Positions 27,655 to 37,633 of a DNA stretch of 64,000 nucleotides are shown here, piece by piece (within the stretch, counting starts at the first letter, position 1; each line of letters opens with the position of its first letter). The DNA lies in IMG/VR virus record IMGVR_UViG_3300035656_000018. One strand, given 5' to 3'. The translations under genes were made by a program, and so were the position numbers. The notes under the pieces were generated by a model. The model worked only from the letters and a program-made list of their open reading frames with translations, did no database searches and was not told where the DNA came from. This stretch comes from an uncultured virus (IMG/VR IMGVR_UViG_3300035656_000018) (lineage: Duplodnaviria > Heunggongvirae > Uroviricota > Caudoviricetes).

Positions 27655-29415
27655 ATGTCAAAATCACCAAGCGTTGTTTTTAAATTCGAGAACAACAATG
27701 TTCAACAGACTACTCCTCTTTTAGGAGTATCATGTTTCTTGGCTAGAACTGAAAAAGGTCCCTATGATGATCCTTCAGAATTAATCACTTCTTTCTCTCA
27801 ATTCCAAAGAATATTTGGTAAAGAGATTGTACCTGATGGTTCTGTATCTAACATAGAGAAAGCTTTAGTAGGAGGTTCTAAGCTAAGAATTATTCGTGTA
27901 TTGGGAGCAGGTGCTAAAAAGGGTACCATTACTAAAGCAGAAGACTCTAGAGTATTAGAAGAAGATGAGATTGAATTAGCTTCTGCTATACCTGGAGAAG
28001 TTCAAGCTTCTGAAGTAATGAAATTTACTTCTGGAGGTACTAATGTAAGCTTTGGTTTGGTAACTAAAGGGTATGGTGATCCTATTGGTTCTGGAGAAAC
28101 CTTTAAAGTAGGTTTTTCTAAATCAGTGAATACCATCTTCTATAACATATACGATGCCAATGGTTCCATCCTGGAATCAGGTCCGGTAATTACTTATAAA
28201 ACTAAGGATGCTCAGAATAAAACTTCTGTAGATTACCTGGCTTTAAGCAACTTTGCTAGTAATTCTGCATACCTGGAACCTAAGATGGTAACCACTACCG
28301 ATAAGATTAAGTCTTTCGAAAACCTGGTAGCTTGGCTTCAGACTTCAATTGACCAAACTGAGAATCCACTAACTATCCAAGTTGGAGGTAAAGAAGCCAC
28401 TAGTACTGAGACTATGTTCAATGGTACACTGGGTACTGCTGGTGCTGACCCTACTGCAGATGAATGGATTGCTTCTTTGGATTTGGTAAAGGATTATACA
28501 GATGTTTATCAGTTAGCTTGTTCTCATATTCATCAACATCTGAAAACAGATCAAGATGTTTTAAAAGTACATAAGGCTGCTAAAGATATGTGTGCTGAAT
28601 TACAAGAATATACCTATTACATCGAAGTACCTAAATATACTACTCATTATTCTGAGGGAACTCAGCCTAGAAATAAGCAGAGTATTATTACTTGGATTAA
28701 TAACTGTTTGGGTAGTATCGGTAACTCTAGGTATGCGGCCTATTTTGCAGGTGGTATCAAGTACTACAATGAATTCGGATTACTTACTAATTCAGATGTA
28801 TTGGGTACTATCTTCGGTTTGGGTGATACTTCTGCTTCTAATTATGGACCTTGGAAGTCATTTGCCGGTATGAATCGTGGAGTAATCTATGATGGTCAGG
28901 GCCCAGTAAGTCCTAACTATGGTAGTGATTCTCGTTATAATGAACTAAACGAATTGGCTCAGATGTATGCCAACATGATTGTAATCAAAGATACTCCGTC
29001 TTCTGGTAAACAAACCATGTTATGGCATTGCTTCTCTTCTCAAGTAAAACAAGATTCAGAAAGATTCCTTTCAATTGTAAGGTTGAATTTGTACTTGAAG
29101 AAGACTCTTCGTCCTATATTGAATAAGTATTTGGAAGAGCCCAATATCTGGGGTACTTGGAAGAATATCTATCTTGAGGTAAAACCAATCCTGGATAATC
29201 TGGTAGATGAAAATGCTATGTCAGAGTATACATGGATGGGTGACCAGGATGCTGGCTCTTATTCAGAACTCTCTGTAAATAATGAAGCTGATGTCCGTCA
29301 GGGTAAATATAAAGTAATCCTGAAGTACAAAGATATTGTTCCTATGCAAGAAATTACAATTAACATTGTAATCGATGCAGCTTCTAAATCAGTTAACATT
29401 TCAGAAAACGAATAA
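27655..29415 (+). CDS. Tail sheath protein
   Basis: TEKGP...LITSFSQF..IFG N-terminus; FLSIVRL, EPN, PMQEI C-terminal sheath motifs. Confidence 0.9.
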   Translation: MSKSPSVVFKFENNNVQQTTPLLGVSCFLARTEKGPYDDPSELITSFSQFQRIFGKEIVPDGSVSNIEKALVGGSKLRIIRVLGAGAKKGTITKAEDSRVLEEDEIELASAIPGEVQASEVMKFTSGGTNVSFGLVTKGYGDPIGSGETFKVGFSKSVNTIFYNIYDANGSILESGPVITYKTKDAQNKTSVDYLALSNFASNSAYLEPKMVTTTDKIKSFENLVAWLQTSIDQTENPLTIQVGGKEATSTETMFNGTLGTAGADPTADEWIASLDLVKDYTDVYQLACSHIHQHLKTDQDVLKVHKAAKDMCAELQEYTYYIEVPKYTTHYSEGTQPRNKQSIITWINNCLGSIGNSRYAAYFAGGIKYYNEFGLLTNSDVLGTIFGLGDTSASNYGPWKSFAGMNRGVIYDGQGPVSPNYGSDSRYNELNELAQMYANMIVIKDTPSSGKQTMLWHCFSSQVKQDSERFLSIVRLNLYLKKTLRPILNKYLEEPNIWGTWKNIYLEVKPILDNLVDENAMSEYTWMGDQDAGSYSELSVNNEADVRQGKYKVILKYKDIVPMQEITINIVIDAASKSVNISENE

Positions 29416-29432
29416 CATTAAAATCATAAAAC

Positions 29433-29897
29433 ATGGGAGCAAAAGTAAAGAATCCTAGAAAGAAATTCCTATGGAGCATCTCTTTCCCAAAACATCCTAT
29501 CAATACATATCTATTCCAGACTTGCCAACTTCCGGATATTGAGATTGACCAGGTTGCTCATGGAGATGTAAACAGGGATGTAAAAACTGCTGGTAGAGTT
29601 ACCGTAGGTAATCTGGTAGTAGAGAAACTTTTAACTACTGCTGGTTCAGATACCTGGCTTCAAGATTGGTTATATTCTTGCCAAGATATGATAGCTGGAG
29701 GTGGGTTAGTTCCTAGTGAATATTGGGAAACTGCCATTGTAAATGAACTTGCAGAAGATGGAGTATCTGTCCTAAATACTTGGCTGCTTGAAGAAGTTTG
29801 GCCTTGTAAAGTAACTGGCCTTGACTTAGATCGTATGGCTTCAGAAAACACAATAGAAAATATAGAATTTTCTGTCGGTACTTGCGACAAGTATTAA
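29433..29897 (+). CDS. Tail tube protein (T4 gp19-like)
   Basis: K.AGR..VGNL, W.L..VWP.K..GLDLD motifs. Confidence 0.88.
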   Translation: MGAKVKNPRKKFLWSISFPKHPINTYLFQTCQLPDIEIDQVAHGDVNRDVKTAGRVTVGNLVVEKLLTTAGSDTWLQDWLYSCQDMIAGGGLVPSEYWETAIVNELAEDGVSVLNTWLLEEVWPCKVTGLDLDRMASENTIENIEFSVGTCDKY

Positions 29898-29933
29898 CTC
29901 TCTTAGTCATTTTCTTACTAGAGTTTTAGGTGG

Positions 29934-29971
29934 AGGGGTGGGATTCCTAGATAAGGAGTTTCACCCCTTTC
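29934..29971 (+). terminator. Terminator after the tube gene
   Basis: AGGGGTGGGA/TTTCACCCCTTT stem. Confidence 0.7.
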
Positions 29972-30024
29972 TTGTTGATACTTACCGTTACTATGAAATT
30001 ATGAACTTTTAAAAATTAGATAAA

Positions 30025-30807
30025 ATGGATATGACACTAAGAACCTTAGTATTCACTGCTCCTTCTGGTAGACTTTTTGAAATCAGAGAGCAGAATGGTG
30101 AAGATGAAGAAATTATCACCAACCCGGTAGATTCAAAGAATCTTATGAATCTTACCAAGTATATTTCAGCAATAGTAGTTAAAACGAATGCTACTAAGTC
30201 AGGTAGATTAACCATAGAGGATGCTCTTAAGTTACCCTTGCTGGATAGATACTGTATCCTATTTAATTCTCGAATCTTCTCTTTGGGAGAGGAAGTAGAA
30301 TTTACTTATAAATGGGATAACAAGGATTCTGTAACTTACTCTCAGGACTTGAGAGAATTTCTTTTCGATTATGCAGTACTTCCTACAGAACAAGAAATGG
30401 AAGAAAAACCCAATGCCATTCCTTACTACCCGGGAAGAAAAGGAGAAGATGGATTTACTCTTATGCAATATACAGAGGAATTGAACTCAGGTAAGGTAAT
30501 CCAATTCGAATTGATGGATGGAGAAAAAGAGTCTCAGATGGTTCAGCTTTCACCAAGTAAACTTACTCGACACTCTACTCTTCTTCTTCGTAATCTTAAG
30601 TTAAAGGTAGATGATAAATTTGAGAAAGTAGAAAACTTCTCTCTATTCTCATCAAGGGATATGGCAGAAATTCATCGGTTGGTAAATACAGTAGACCCAA
30701 TCTTCCATGGATATACTCAAATCGAAAATCCAGAAACTGGGAACATGATGGATTACCCAATTATGGCTGCTCCTGATTTTTTCTACTTGACGGGAGATAT
30801 AATTTAG
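30025..30807 (+). CDS. Tail assembly chaperone (gpG-like)
   Basis: Between tube and TMP; ends ...PDFF. Confidence 0.75.
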   Translation: MDMTLRTLVFTAPSGRLFEIREQNGEDEEIITNPVDSKNLMNLTKYISAIVVKTNATKSGRLTIEDALKLPLLDRYCILFNSRIFSLGEEVEFTYKWDNKDSVTYSQDLREFLFDYAVLPTEQEMEEKPNAIPYYPGRKGEDGFTLMQYTEELNSGKVIQFELMDGEKESQMVQLSPSKLTRHSTLLLRNLKLKVDDKFEKVENFSLFSSRDMAEIHRLVNTVDPIFHGYTQIENPETGNMMDYPIMAAPDFFYLTGDII

Positions 30808-30950
30808 AGGAAGATTACATATACATTACTCGGGCTGAGATAGTCTTAGACTATCTCACCTTTTTGTGTCTACCCGTTCGTAAAAGAAAGAAATTCCTAC
30901 TCATAGCTGAGAATTATTATAAACAAATGAAGAAGAAAATGTCAACATGA
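30777..30950 (+). CDS. -1 frameshift extension of the tail chaperone (gpGT-like)
   Basis: T TTT TTC slippery heptamer at 30777-30783; the -1 frame is open (LLDGRYNLEEDY...KMST) to TGA 30948-30950, overlapping the TMP ATG. Confidence 0.8.
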   Translation, partial: FFLLDGRYNLEEDYIYITRAEIVLDYLTFLCLPVRKRKKFLLIAENYYKQMKKKMST

Positions 30951-32869
30951 TAGGAGATACAAAAAGTTTAGTAGAAGTCGGGGTATCAATGGTACTCCGA
31001 GATAAGTTTAGCTCTGAAACCGGTAAAATTTCACAATCATTCAACAATATGATGAATGATATGAATGACTGGAACAGGGCTATTCAGATGAGTGCAGGTA
31101 ATGCTGTACAAAACAGTATGAAATTCCTTGGAGGCATGGCAGAAGCTTATCAGTATTCGGCCAAGGTACAAGATACTATATTCATGGCCTCAAAGATTGC
31201 AGGAGCTACAGCTGAGCAACAAACTGAAATGATGCAATTAGCTCAAGCAGTCAATGCCGTTACTCCCTTGACTGCTGCCGATATTGCTTCTGGCCAAAGG
31301 TACTTAGCAATGGCAGGTAATACAGTAGAACAGATAAAGGATATGACTGGGCCTGCTGCTAAGTTAGCATCTATCCTTGGTCAACCATTTGGAGGTAAAG
31401 GAGGTGTAGCTGACTTGATGACTAATATCATGTCAATGTATGTTATACCTTCTCAACAAGCTACTAAGGTTACCGATGATTTATATACTGCTGTAACTAA
31501 TGCTAATATGTCTCTTACCGATTTGGCTCAAGCTATTACTTATGCTGGAGCTGATATGGCTAATGCAGGCTATGACTTAAGACAGACTGCTGCAGCTATC
31601 GGTGTATTGGGAGATATGGGTATTCAGGGTTCATCAGCCGGTACTGCATTAGCAAATATGATTCGTTATTTGCAACTTTCTTTAGCCGACCAGAAAAAGA
31701 AAGGGTTTAGTGCATTAACTAGCTTAGGTTTAAGTCCACAAGATTTCTTTGATGCCGAGGGTAATCTTATTCGATTAGATAAGGTATATCGTAAGTTTGG
31801 AGAAGCTCTTATGAATAAACCCCTTCTGGAAAGAACTAAAGCTTTCTATAATATCTTCGGAGTTCGAGGTACTCGTGATATCTCTAATCAGATTCGAAAT
31901 ATGATGTCGGGTTCTGATAAGATGACTAAGATCTTAGAACAATATGATAAGAACTCCGGCATAGTAGAACAGGTTACTGAGGAAAGATTGAAGACTCCAC
32001 AGGGTATCATTGAAGCTTTCAAATCTAACTTTGAAAACTTAGTAGTAAATATAGGGTCAACTTTAGCTGATGTCTTTAACCCAATATTAACTGTATTCAC
32101 TAAGATATCTCAATGGGTACAAGGAATAGCTGGTACTATAGGAGGTCAGATAGTAGTTAAAGCATTAGCTTGGGGTTCAATTACGGCTTTAGTAGTAAAT
32201 GGCTATAGGTACCTAGCTGCTACTGGCAGAATGCTTTCTACTTACATGCAACAAACCAATACCCAATCTCAGGCTACAGCAAGTGGAGTTAGTAAGTCTG
32301 CAGCTGCAGCTGCAGTATTGGAGACCCGATTAATACATATCACTCAGATTATGAGGGAACAATATTACCTTCAAAAGGCAATGGCTTTCGGTTGGACTGC
32401 TGGACCCAGAGGAGGTTGGTATGGGCCTGATGGTAAACGTATTAGGAAGTTTGGAATACCCGGGCCAACATTGGGAGGACTTGGGGGAGGTACTACTAAA
32501 CCGCCTACTCCTACTGCCGGACCTGCAGTAGCTAGGTTAGGTATGAAAGGTTTATTCGGTAGATTGGCTGGATTCTTGGGAGGCCCTTGGGGAATGGCCA
32601 TTGGTATAGCATTACCTCTTGTAGCAGATTATTTACCCAGGTTAATAGATTCCTTAAACAAGAACACTGATTCTAATCTATCAAAGGAAACTCTAACTAG
32701 TGATGAATATTTAACCGAGAAAATGGCAAGAGCTATCAGGGCAGCTTTACTGAATGATAAACCTAATGGTACTGTTAACATTACTATTGATGGAGCACCA
32801 GTTGGTTCTGTAGCTCCAGGTGAAACTTTAGGAGTTAATTATGCTACTCAAATTGGATTAATACCTTAA
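30947..32869 (+). CDS. Tape measure protein (TP901-type core)
   Basis: LAMAG, MGIQGSSAGTAL, IFG.RG motifs; Ala/Gly-rich. Confidence 0.88.
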   Translation: MIGDTKSLVEVGVSMVLRDKFSSETGKISQSFNNMMNDMNDWNRAIQMSAGNAVQNSMKFLGGMAEAYQYSAKVQDTIFMASKIAGATAEQQTEMMQLAQAVNAVTPLTAADIASGQRYLAMAGNTVEQIKDMTGPAAKLASILGQPFGGKGGVADLMTNIMSMYVIPSQQATKVTDDLYTAVTNANMSLTDLAQAITYAGADMANAGYDLRQTAAAIGVLGDMGIQGSSAGTALANMIRYLQLSLADQKKKGFSALTSLGLSPQDFFDAEGNLIRLDKVYRKFGEALMNKPLLERTKAFYNIFGVRGTRDISNQIRNMMSGSDKMTKILEQYDKNSGIVEQVTEERLKTPQGIIEAFKSNFENLVVNIGSTLADVFNPILTVFTKISQWVQGIAGTIGGQIVVKALAWGSITALVVNGYRYLAATGRMLSTYMQQTNTQSQATASGVSKSAAAAAVLETRLIHITQIMREQYYLQKAMAFGWTAGPRGGWYGPDGKRIRKFGIPGPTLGGLGGGTTKPPTPTAGPAVARLGMKGLFGRLAGFLGGPWGMAIGIALPLVADYLPRLIDSLNKNTDSNLSKETLTSDEYLTEKMARAIRAALLNDKPNGTVNITIDGAPVGSVAPGETLGVNYATQIGLIP

Positions 32870-32872
32870 ATT

Positions 32873-33799
32873 ATGGCAAGAATATTAGGAAAACTAGCAG
32901 GTAAGGTTGTTAAGAAATATAATAACCTTACCCAAGATACTGCTGGAGTACTTACCGGTCCCATAAATAAATTATGGAGAGCTAAGATACACCTTAACCG
33001 ATTAACTTCGGGTTTACCTAAGGATACTGCTCCTAGAGGTAAATTGTTTAATCCTAATGGAGCTTTGGGAGAAAGAGAAAGATCTTCTAAGAACCCAGTA
33101 CTTAACAGTTCTCTTCAAAGCATTAGGAGATTACAACTTCAGCATGGAAATCTTAAGATTGACAAAGATGATCCTGCTCAAGGTAGGACTGTAGTAGAAA
33201 ACAATAAACTTTATGGAGTAAGCCAAGATATAAGAAAACTGAATCAGGTAATCATATATAATACTAATGTTAGCCCATACCAATATATTGTTTTACAGAA
33301 TAGACCTCTGAGCTTTGATTTTAGAGGAGAAACAACTTGGGCTACCATTAAGTCTATGGGTAGAAATACTCCTATGTATCATTATACTGGTTCAGAAGAT
33401 ATTGTACAATTCAATGTATCTTGGTACTGTGATGATCCGGATAATCCTGCTGAAGTATTAACTAAATGTAGGTTATTAGAATCCTGGAGTAAATCCAATG
33501 CTTATCAAGCAGCTCCTCCAATCTTACAGATTCAGTGGGGAAATTCTGATACTTTTGAAGGTCATTATTATATACTTACTTCTGCCACATATTCTCTTTC
33601 TAATTTTAGAAATGCTTCTAGACAACGTATGAGAGGCTCAGTAGATATAAGAGAAGATCTAAATCTGTATCCTGCTACTGCTACTCAAGAATTAATATTC
33701 AAACGAGTAAGCTCGTATAGTTTATCTTATGAGGATATTGTTAAAAGTAAAGCTGCAGAAAAGACTGTGGGTATTTTTACAACCGATAAAATCAAGTAA
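32873..33799 (+). CDS. Baseplate / tube initiator protein
   Basis: GRNTPMYHYTG and PP.L..QWG motifs; directly after TMP. Confidence 0.65.
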   Translation: MARILGKLAGKVVKKYNNLTQDTAGVLTGPINKLWRAKIHLNRLTSGLPKDTAPRGKLFNPNGALGERERSSKNPVLNSSLQSIRRLQLQHGNLKIDKDDPAQGRTVVENNKLYGVSQDIRKLNQVIIYNTNVSPYQYIVLQNRPLSFDFRGETTWATIKSMGRNTPMYHYTGSEDIVQFNVSWYCDDPDNPAEVLTKCRLLESWSKSNAYQAAPPILQIQWGNSDTFEGHYYILTSATYSLSNFRNASRQRMRGSVDIREDLNLYPATATQELIFKRVSSYSLSYEDIVKSKAAEKTVGIFTTDKIK

Positions 33800-33801
33800 C
33801 C

Positions 33802-34089
33802 ATGGATATAACTTCTTATTTAGTTGGAGCAAGTCCATACGATAATGGATTTACCCTGAATTATGGAGATGGAGATTATTCTTTAGAATCCTACCCATTA
33901 CTTATACCCTCTTCTCCCAATGACTTTCAGCATACCCTGAAAGAGGGTGAAACTCTACAGAATATCGCTTATAGGTATTATGGAGATTCTGGTAAATGGT
34001 ATATTATTGCTGAGTATAATAACATAATAAATCCGTTCACTGAATTAAAAGGTGGAATGGTATTAATGATACCGGCTTATGGAAGTTAA
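33802..34089 (+). CDS. LysM / tail-X baseplate protein
   Basis: HTLKEGETLQNIAYRYYGD..KWY.IA..N.I.NP. Confidence 0.85.
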   Translation: MDITSYLVGASPYDNGFTLNYGDGDYSLESYPLLIPSSPNDFQHTLKEGETLQNIAYRYYGDSGKWYIIAEYNNIINPFTELKGGMVLMIPAYGS

Positions 34090-34573
34090 AGCAAATAATC
34101 CCATATTATATAAAGGTACAGGTACTCCTTACCTAGCCATTTTTGATAATCAAGGTATACCAGTTATGAACCCTCTTACTGGTATACCTTTAGGAGCGTA
34201 TATAAGTAGCTGGTCATATGTATATGATGAAGAAAAAGAAAACTTAGCTACAATAACTATTGATACTGGTAATCCAGATACTGTAGATGTAGAAGCTTTA
34301 CAGGAAAATAGAGATATCTTTTTACAGTGGGGATATATTTTTAGTGATGGTACATTTGTATCAAGCCCAGCTATAAATATCAAAGTAAGAGATTTCGATT
34401 GTATCTTTGATTCTACAGGTACCCATATAACTATCAAATGTATTGATGGCACGAATCATCTTAGGTTTATGCCCCCTCATAAACCTACTGAGGATACCGA
34501 TGATAGTATGGTTAAATTCTTGGATTCAGGATGCGGATTAAATGTTGGAGTAATAATAGAAAGGTTTGAGTAA
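34079..34573 (+). CDS. Baseplate hub, N-terminal part (gpD-like)
   Basis: LQWGY and ITIKCID patterns; position. Confidence 0.55.
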   Translation: MEVKANNPILYKGTGTPYLAIFDNQGIPVMNPLTGIPLGAYISSWSYVYDEEKENLATITIDTGNPDTVDVEALQENRDIFLQWGYIFSDGTFVSSPAINIKVRDFDCIFDSTGTHITIKCIDGTNHLRFMPPHKPTEDTDDSMVKFLDSGCGLNVGVIIERFE

Positions 34574-36489
34574 TGGCAAATATAATAAGTAATCAAGCTT
34601 ATCAAGCTATACAGGTACCCACAGAAGTTACTCCTGAAGTACAGGGTACCATTCTATACGCTAATCAATTTAGTGGTATAGGTCAAGTTGGTATGCCAGA
34701 CGATTTAGCTGAAGTACTTAATTCTAATTTAGGTACAATAGGTAATAATGTTCTAGTTCAACTAGAAGCTAAGATGGCTGCCTATGGTAATGGGCCTTGG
34801 TATGTGGATAGTAGAGATGGGGTAATTTACATACATAACCGTAAGTTTCAACAACCTCCTCATCATACCTACATATTCCAAGCTGAAAACGGAGAAGTAT
34901 TAAGAGTATCTTTTACTACTCAGAGGTCTACTAAGCAGAAAATGATGCAAGTGGGTAATACTATAAAACCTGAGGATAAGCAAATGCAAATCCAGGTAAG
35001 TTACATTGATGATCAACAGAATGAGATTTTACATGACCCACTACAGTTGGATGCTCTATCTACAGTAGATGTACAAAGCCCAGGATTATTTCATAGATCC
35101 CCCGAAGTTTTAAAACCCCATGTTGATAGTAAGGCAGAGAAATGGAAAGAAGATAGATTGAAATCCTTAGATGAAGAATTGGCTTCTAAAAAACAAGCTC
35201 AAAGACTAAAGACTGAATCTGCTAAGAAAGAATATGATGCTAAGGGTACTGGTTATTTAGATGCAGGTGGTGGATTAGAGTCTATGTCCGATACAGAATT
35301 AAGGGATGTTACTTCTCAAATGCTAGAGGAAGCTTATACTAAAGGAGAACTAACTAATATAAAATCTTCTATTGATGCACTAGTAGCGGGAGGAATGGAC
35401 CTTACTTCTGCAATGAAACAAGTATACCAGGGTTTAAATTTCGTATTCAAAAATAAATACACTGAGGTATGGACTGAAGTTTGGGAAGATCCTCGTTCAT
35501 ATTCTTCTGGGGAATTAAAGTCTTCTAGTCGTGTGAATAGTATGACTGAACTAAATGCCGAGAAAAGGAAAACTCAGGAGGGGCTAGCTAAAATGCAAGA
35601 AGACCCTAATATCATTGTCTACCCCTTAACTCTTCATGAAGAATCCTATTACCCTCAAACTTATAATCCGGTTCAAGCTGGTAGAGGCCCTGGAGATAAT
35701 CACGGGTATTATCGAAGCCGAGTAAAGGTATTCAAAAAGGTAAAACAGCTTTTGAAAGTACCCGCTTGGAAAACCCTTACTAACTTATATGATAGAACTG
35801 GAGGAGTAGGCAATAGAGAAAGAGCAATGAGGATAAATGCTAATGGAGGTTTAAAGATAACCGAGAAAAAACTAATCTGTCAAATGCAAGTAGTAGGAAG
35901 ACCTTCATTAAAAACCTCAATGGTACTTCAGCTTTTGAACGTTGGTAAAAGGTGGTCAGGGTATTGGTATATAAAGAAATGTACTCATAGAATGGATGCT
36001 GGTACAGGATATATTACTGACTTAGAATTAGTTAGGAATAATGGAACAGCTGGCTTTCAAGTTGCTGCTGGTAATATTAATACCCAAGATGTGGTATCTA
36101 ATAATGCCAGAAGTCAAGGAACTACTGATGTAGGTAAAAATAAAGCTGGAGATGCTCATTCTTCTGATTTTACCATAAATGCTACTAAGGCAGAATATGA
36201 AGCCTTCAAAGCCTTGGATGGTAATACCGAAGAACAAAGAAAGTTTGTTCAAGATATGGTTATCTATAGGGAACAGAATGCTAATACTCCTACCAAAGGT
36301 AATGATGGCATCATAGAAGTAGAAAGAACTGTATACCAATCTACAGGTAAAGATGGAGAAGACGTAGTTACCATTACTAATGTTAAACGTAAAAAGGTAG
36401 AAGCTACCAAAGATGTATATCGAAAGTATAATTTCAATATAGATTACATTATTAAACAGATGAACCAAGACTTTTCTAAAACCGAATGA
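34573..36489 (+). CDS. Baseplate hub, C-terminal part with large insertion
   Basis: VVGRPSL...VGKRWSGYWYI..CTH....GY.T motif typical of gpD/gp27 hubs. Confidence 0.6.
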   Translation: MANIISNQAYQAIQVPTEVTPEVQGTILYANQFSGIGQVGMPDDLAEVLNSNLGTIGNNVLVQLEAKMAAYGNGPWYVDSRDGVIYIHNRKFQQPPHHTYIFQAENGEVLRVSFTTQRSTKQKMMQVGNTIKPEDKQMQIQVSYIDDQQNEILHDPLQLDALSTVDVQSPGLFHRSPEVLKPHVDSKAEKWKEDRLKSLDEELASKKQAQRLKTESAKKEYDAKGTGYLDAGGGLESMSDTELRDVTSQMLEEAYTKGELTNIKSSIDALVAGGMDLTSAMKQVYQGLNFVFKNKYTEVWTEVWEDPRSYSSGELKSSSRVNSMTELNAEKRKTQEGLAKMQEDPNIIVYPLTLHEESYYPQTYNPVQAGRGPGDNHGYYRSRVKVFKKVKQLLKVPAWKTLTNLYDRTGGVGNRERAMRINANGGLKITEKKLICQMQVVGRPSLKTSMVLQLLNVGKRWSGYWYIKKCTHRMDAGTGYITDLELVRNNGTAGFQVAAGNINTQDVVSNNARSQGTTDVGKNKAGDAHSSDFTINATKAEYEAFKALDGNTEEQRKFVQDMVIYREQNANTPTKGNDGIIEVERTVYQSTGKDGEDVVTITNVKRKKVEATKDVYRKYNFNIDYIIKQMNQDFSKTE

Positions 36490-36490
36490 T

Positions 36491-37207
36491 ATGGCTTATG
36501 AATCAGCAAAAACAATAACTGAACAAGGATTAGAATCCTTGGGAAGATACTATTCAGTGTACAGGGCCATGGTAGTTAATAACACAGACCCCGATCATAT
36601 GAATCGTATAAAAGTGGCTATACCTGAAGTAATGGGAGGAATAGTACTCTGGGCTTATTCAAAGGGTCAACATGGATCTACTGGGTCTGGTTTTAAAATG
36701 ATGGCTCCTAAGAATGGTGATATAGTATATATTACCTTTGAATATGGAGATCCTAGTAAACCTCTATGGGAATATCATGGTTGGGCTCAAAACCAAATAC
36801 CCGATATCCTGGATGATCCTGATACTATGGGTATAGTTACACCTAATGGGAATAGAATCTGGTTAAATGATAAAGATGGATCACTCAAGATGTACTTATA
36901 TGGGTCTGCTACTATTTACGCCGAAGGCCCAGTAAGTATAAATTCTAAAGCTCAAGCCTATGTGAATGCCTCAAAGGTTATAGTGAACCAAGGTAATAAT
37001 GATGGTATAATCAATATCAATGAATTAACCCAGAAACTAAACCAATTAGTTTCAGAGATAGAATCATTAAAAGCTCAATATAATTCTCATACCCACTCTG
37101 GTATTCAATCGGGACCTGCAGTTAGTGGACCTGTTATTACTCCAGTCACGAAACCATTTTCTACTTTTAATAAAACAGATTATGAGGATTCTAAATTTGT
37201 ACATTAA
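36491..37207 (+). CDS. Baseplate spike (gpV/gp5/VgrG OB-fold)
   Basis: YRA.VV.N.DP....RIKV..P, P..GD.V...FE.GD...P, HTH tip motif. Confidence 0.85.
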   Translation: MAYESAKTITEQGLESLGRYYSVYRAMVVNNTDPDHMNRIKVAIPEVMGGIVLWAYSKGQHGSTGSGFKMMAPKNGDIVYITFEYGDPSKPLWEYHGWAQNQIPDILDDPDTMGIVTPNGNRIWLNDKDGSLKMYLYGSATIYAEGPVSINSKAQAYVNASKVIVNQGNNDGIININELTQKLNQLVSEIESLKAQYNSHTHSGIQSGPAVSGPVITPVTKPFSTFNKTDYEDSKFVH

Positions 37208-37632
37208 TGGCAAATAACTTATACACTAATATTATCGGTATTGGCCCTTTGTTTCCAATACGGATTACTGAGAATGAAAAGGGAGAGAAAGGTTGGTATC
37301 CAGTAAATGGAGATATTGAACTTGTTCATAATAACCTATCTGCTCTCCTTTGGTATGATATAGGTCAAAGATTCAGGCAAGAAGATTTTGGTACTAGGCT
37401 ATGGGAATGTATAGAAGAACCCAATACCCAGGCTTTAGCTTTCTTGGTAAAAGACTTCTTAAAGAAAGCTATCTCTACCTATGAAACTAGGATTACTTTT
37501 AAAAGCCTGAATATGAGGTTAGAGGGTACCAAGCTTTTCATCGAAATGAATTATGTAATTAATCAAACTGGTAGCCAACAGGTATTGGGTATTAGTTATG
37601 ATAGGTCTGAAAATATTTTAAAACCTTACTAA
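37207..37632 (+). CDS. Baseplate wedge gp25-like
   Basis: GQR....DFGTRL...IEEP, YETRI. Confidence 0.85.
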   Translation: MANNLYTNIIGIGPLFPIRITENEKGEKGWYPVNGDIELVHNNLSALLWYDIGQRFRQEDFGTRLWECIEEPNTQALAFLVKDFLKKAISTYETRITFKSLNMRLEGTKLFIEMNYVINQTGSQQVLGISYDRSENILKPY

Positions 37633-37633
37633 T

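Noticed and set aside
36028..36468. 146-aa antisense ORF and the other minus-strand ORFs inside structural and replication genes
   Set aside because: Shadow frames of well-supported plus-strand genes; biased composition and no recognisable motifs
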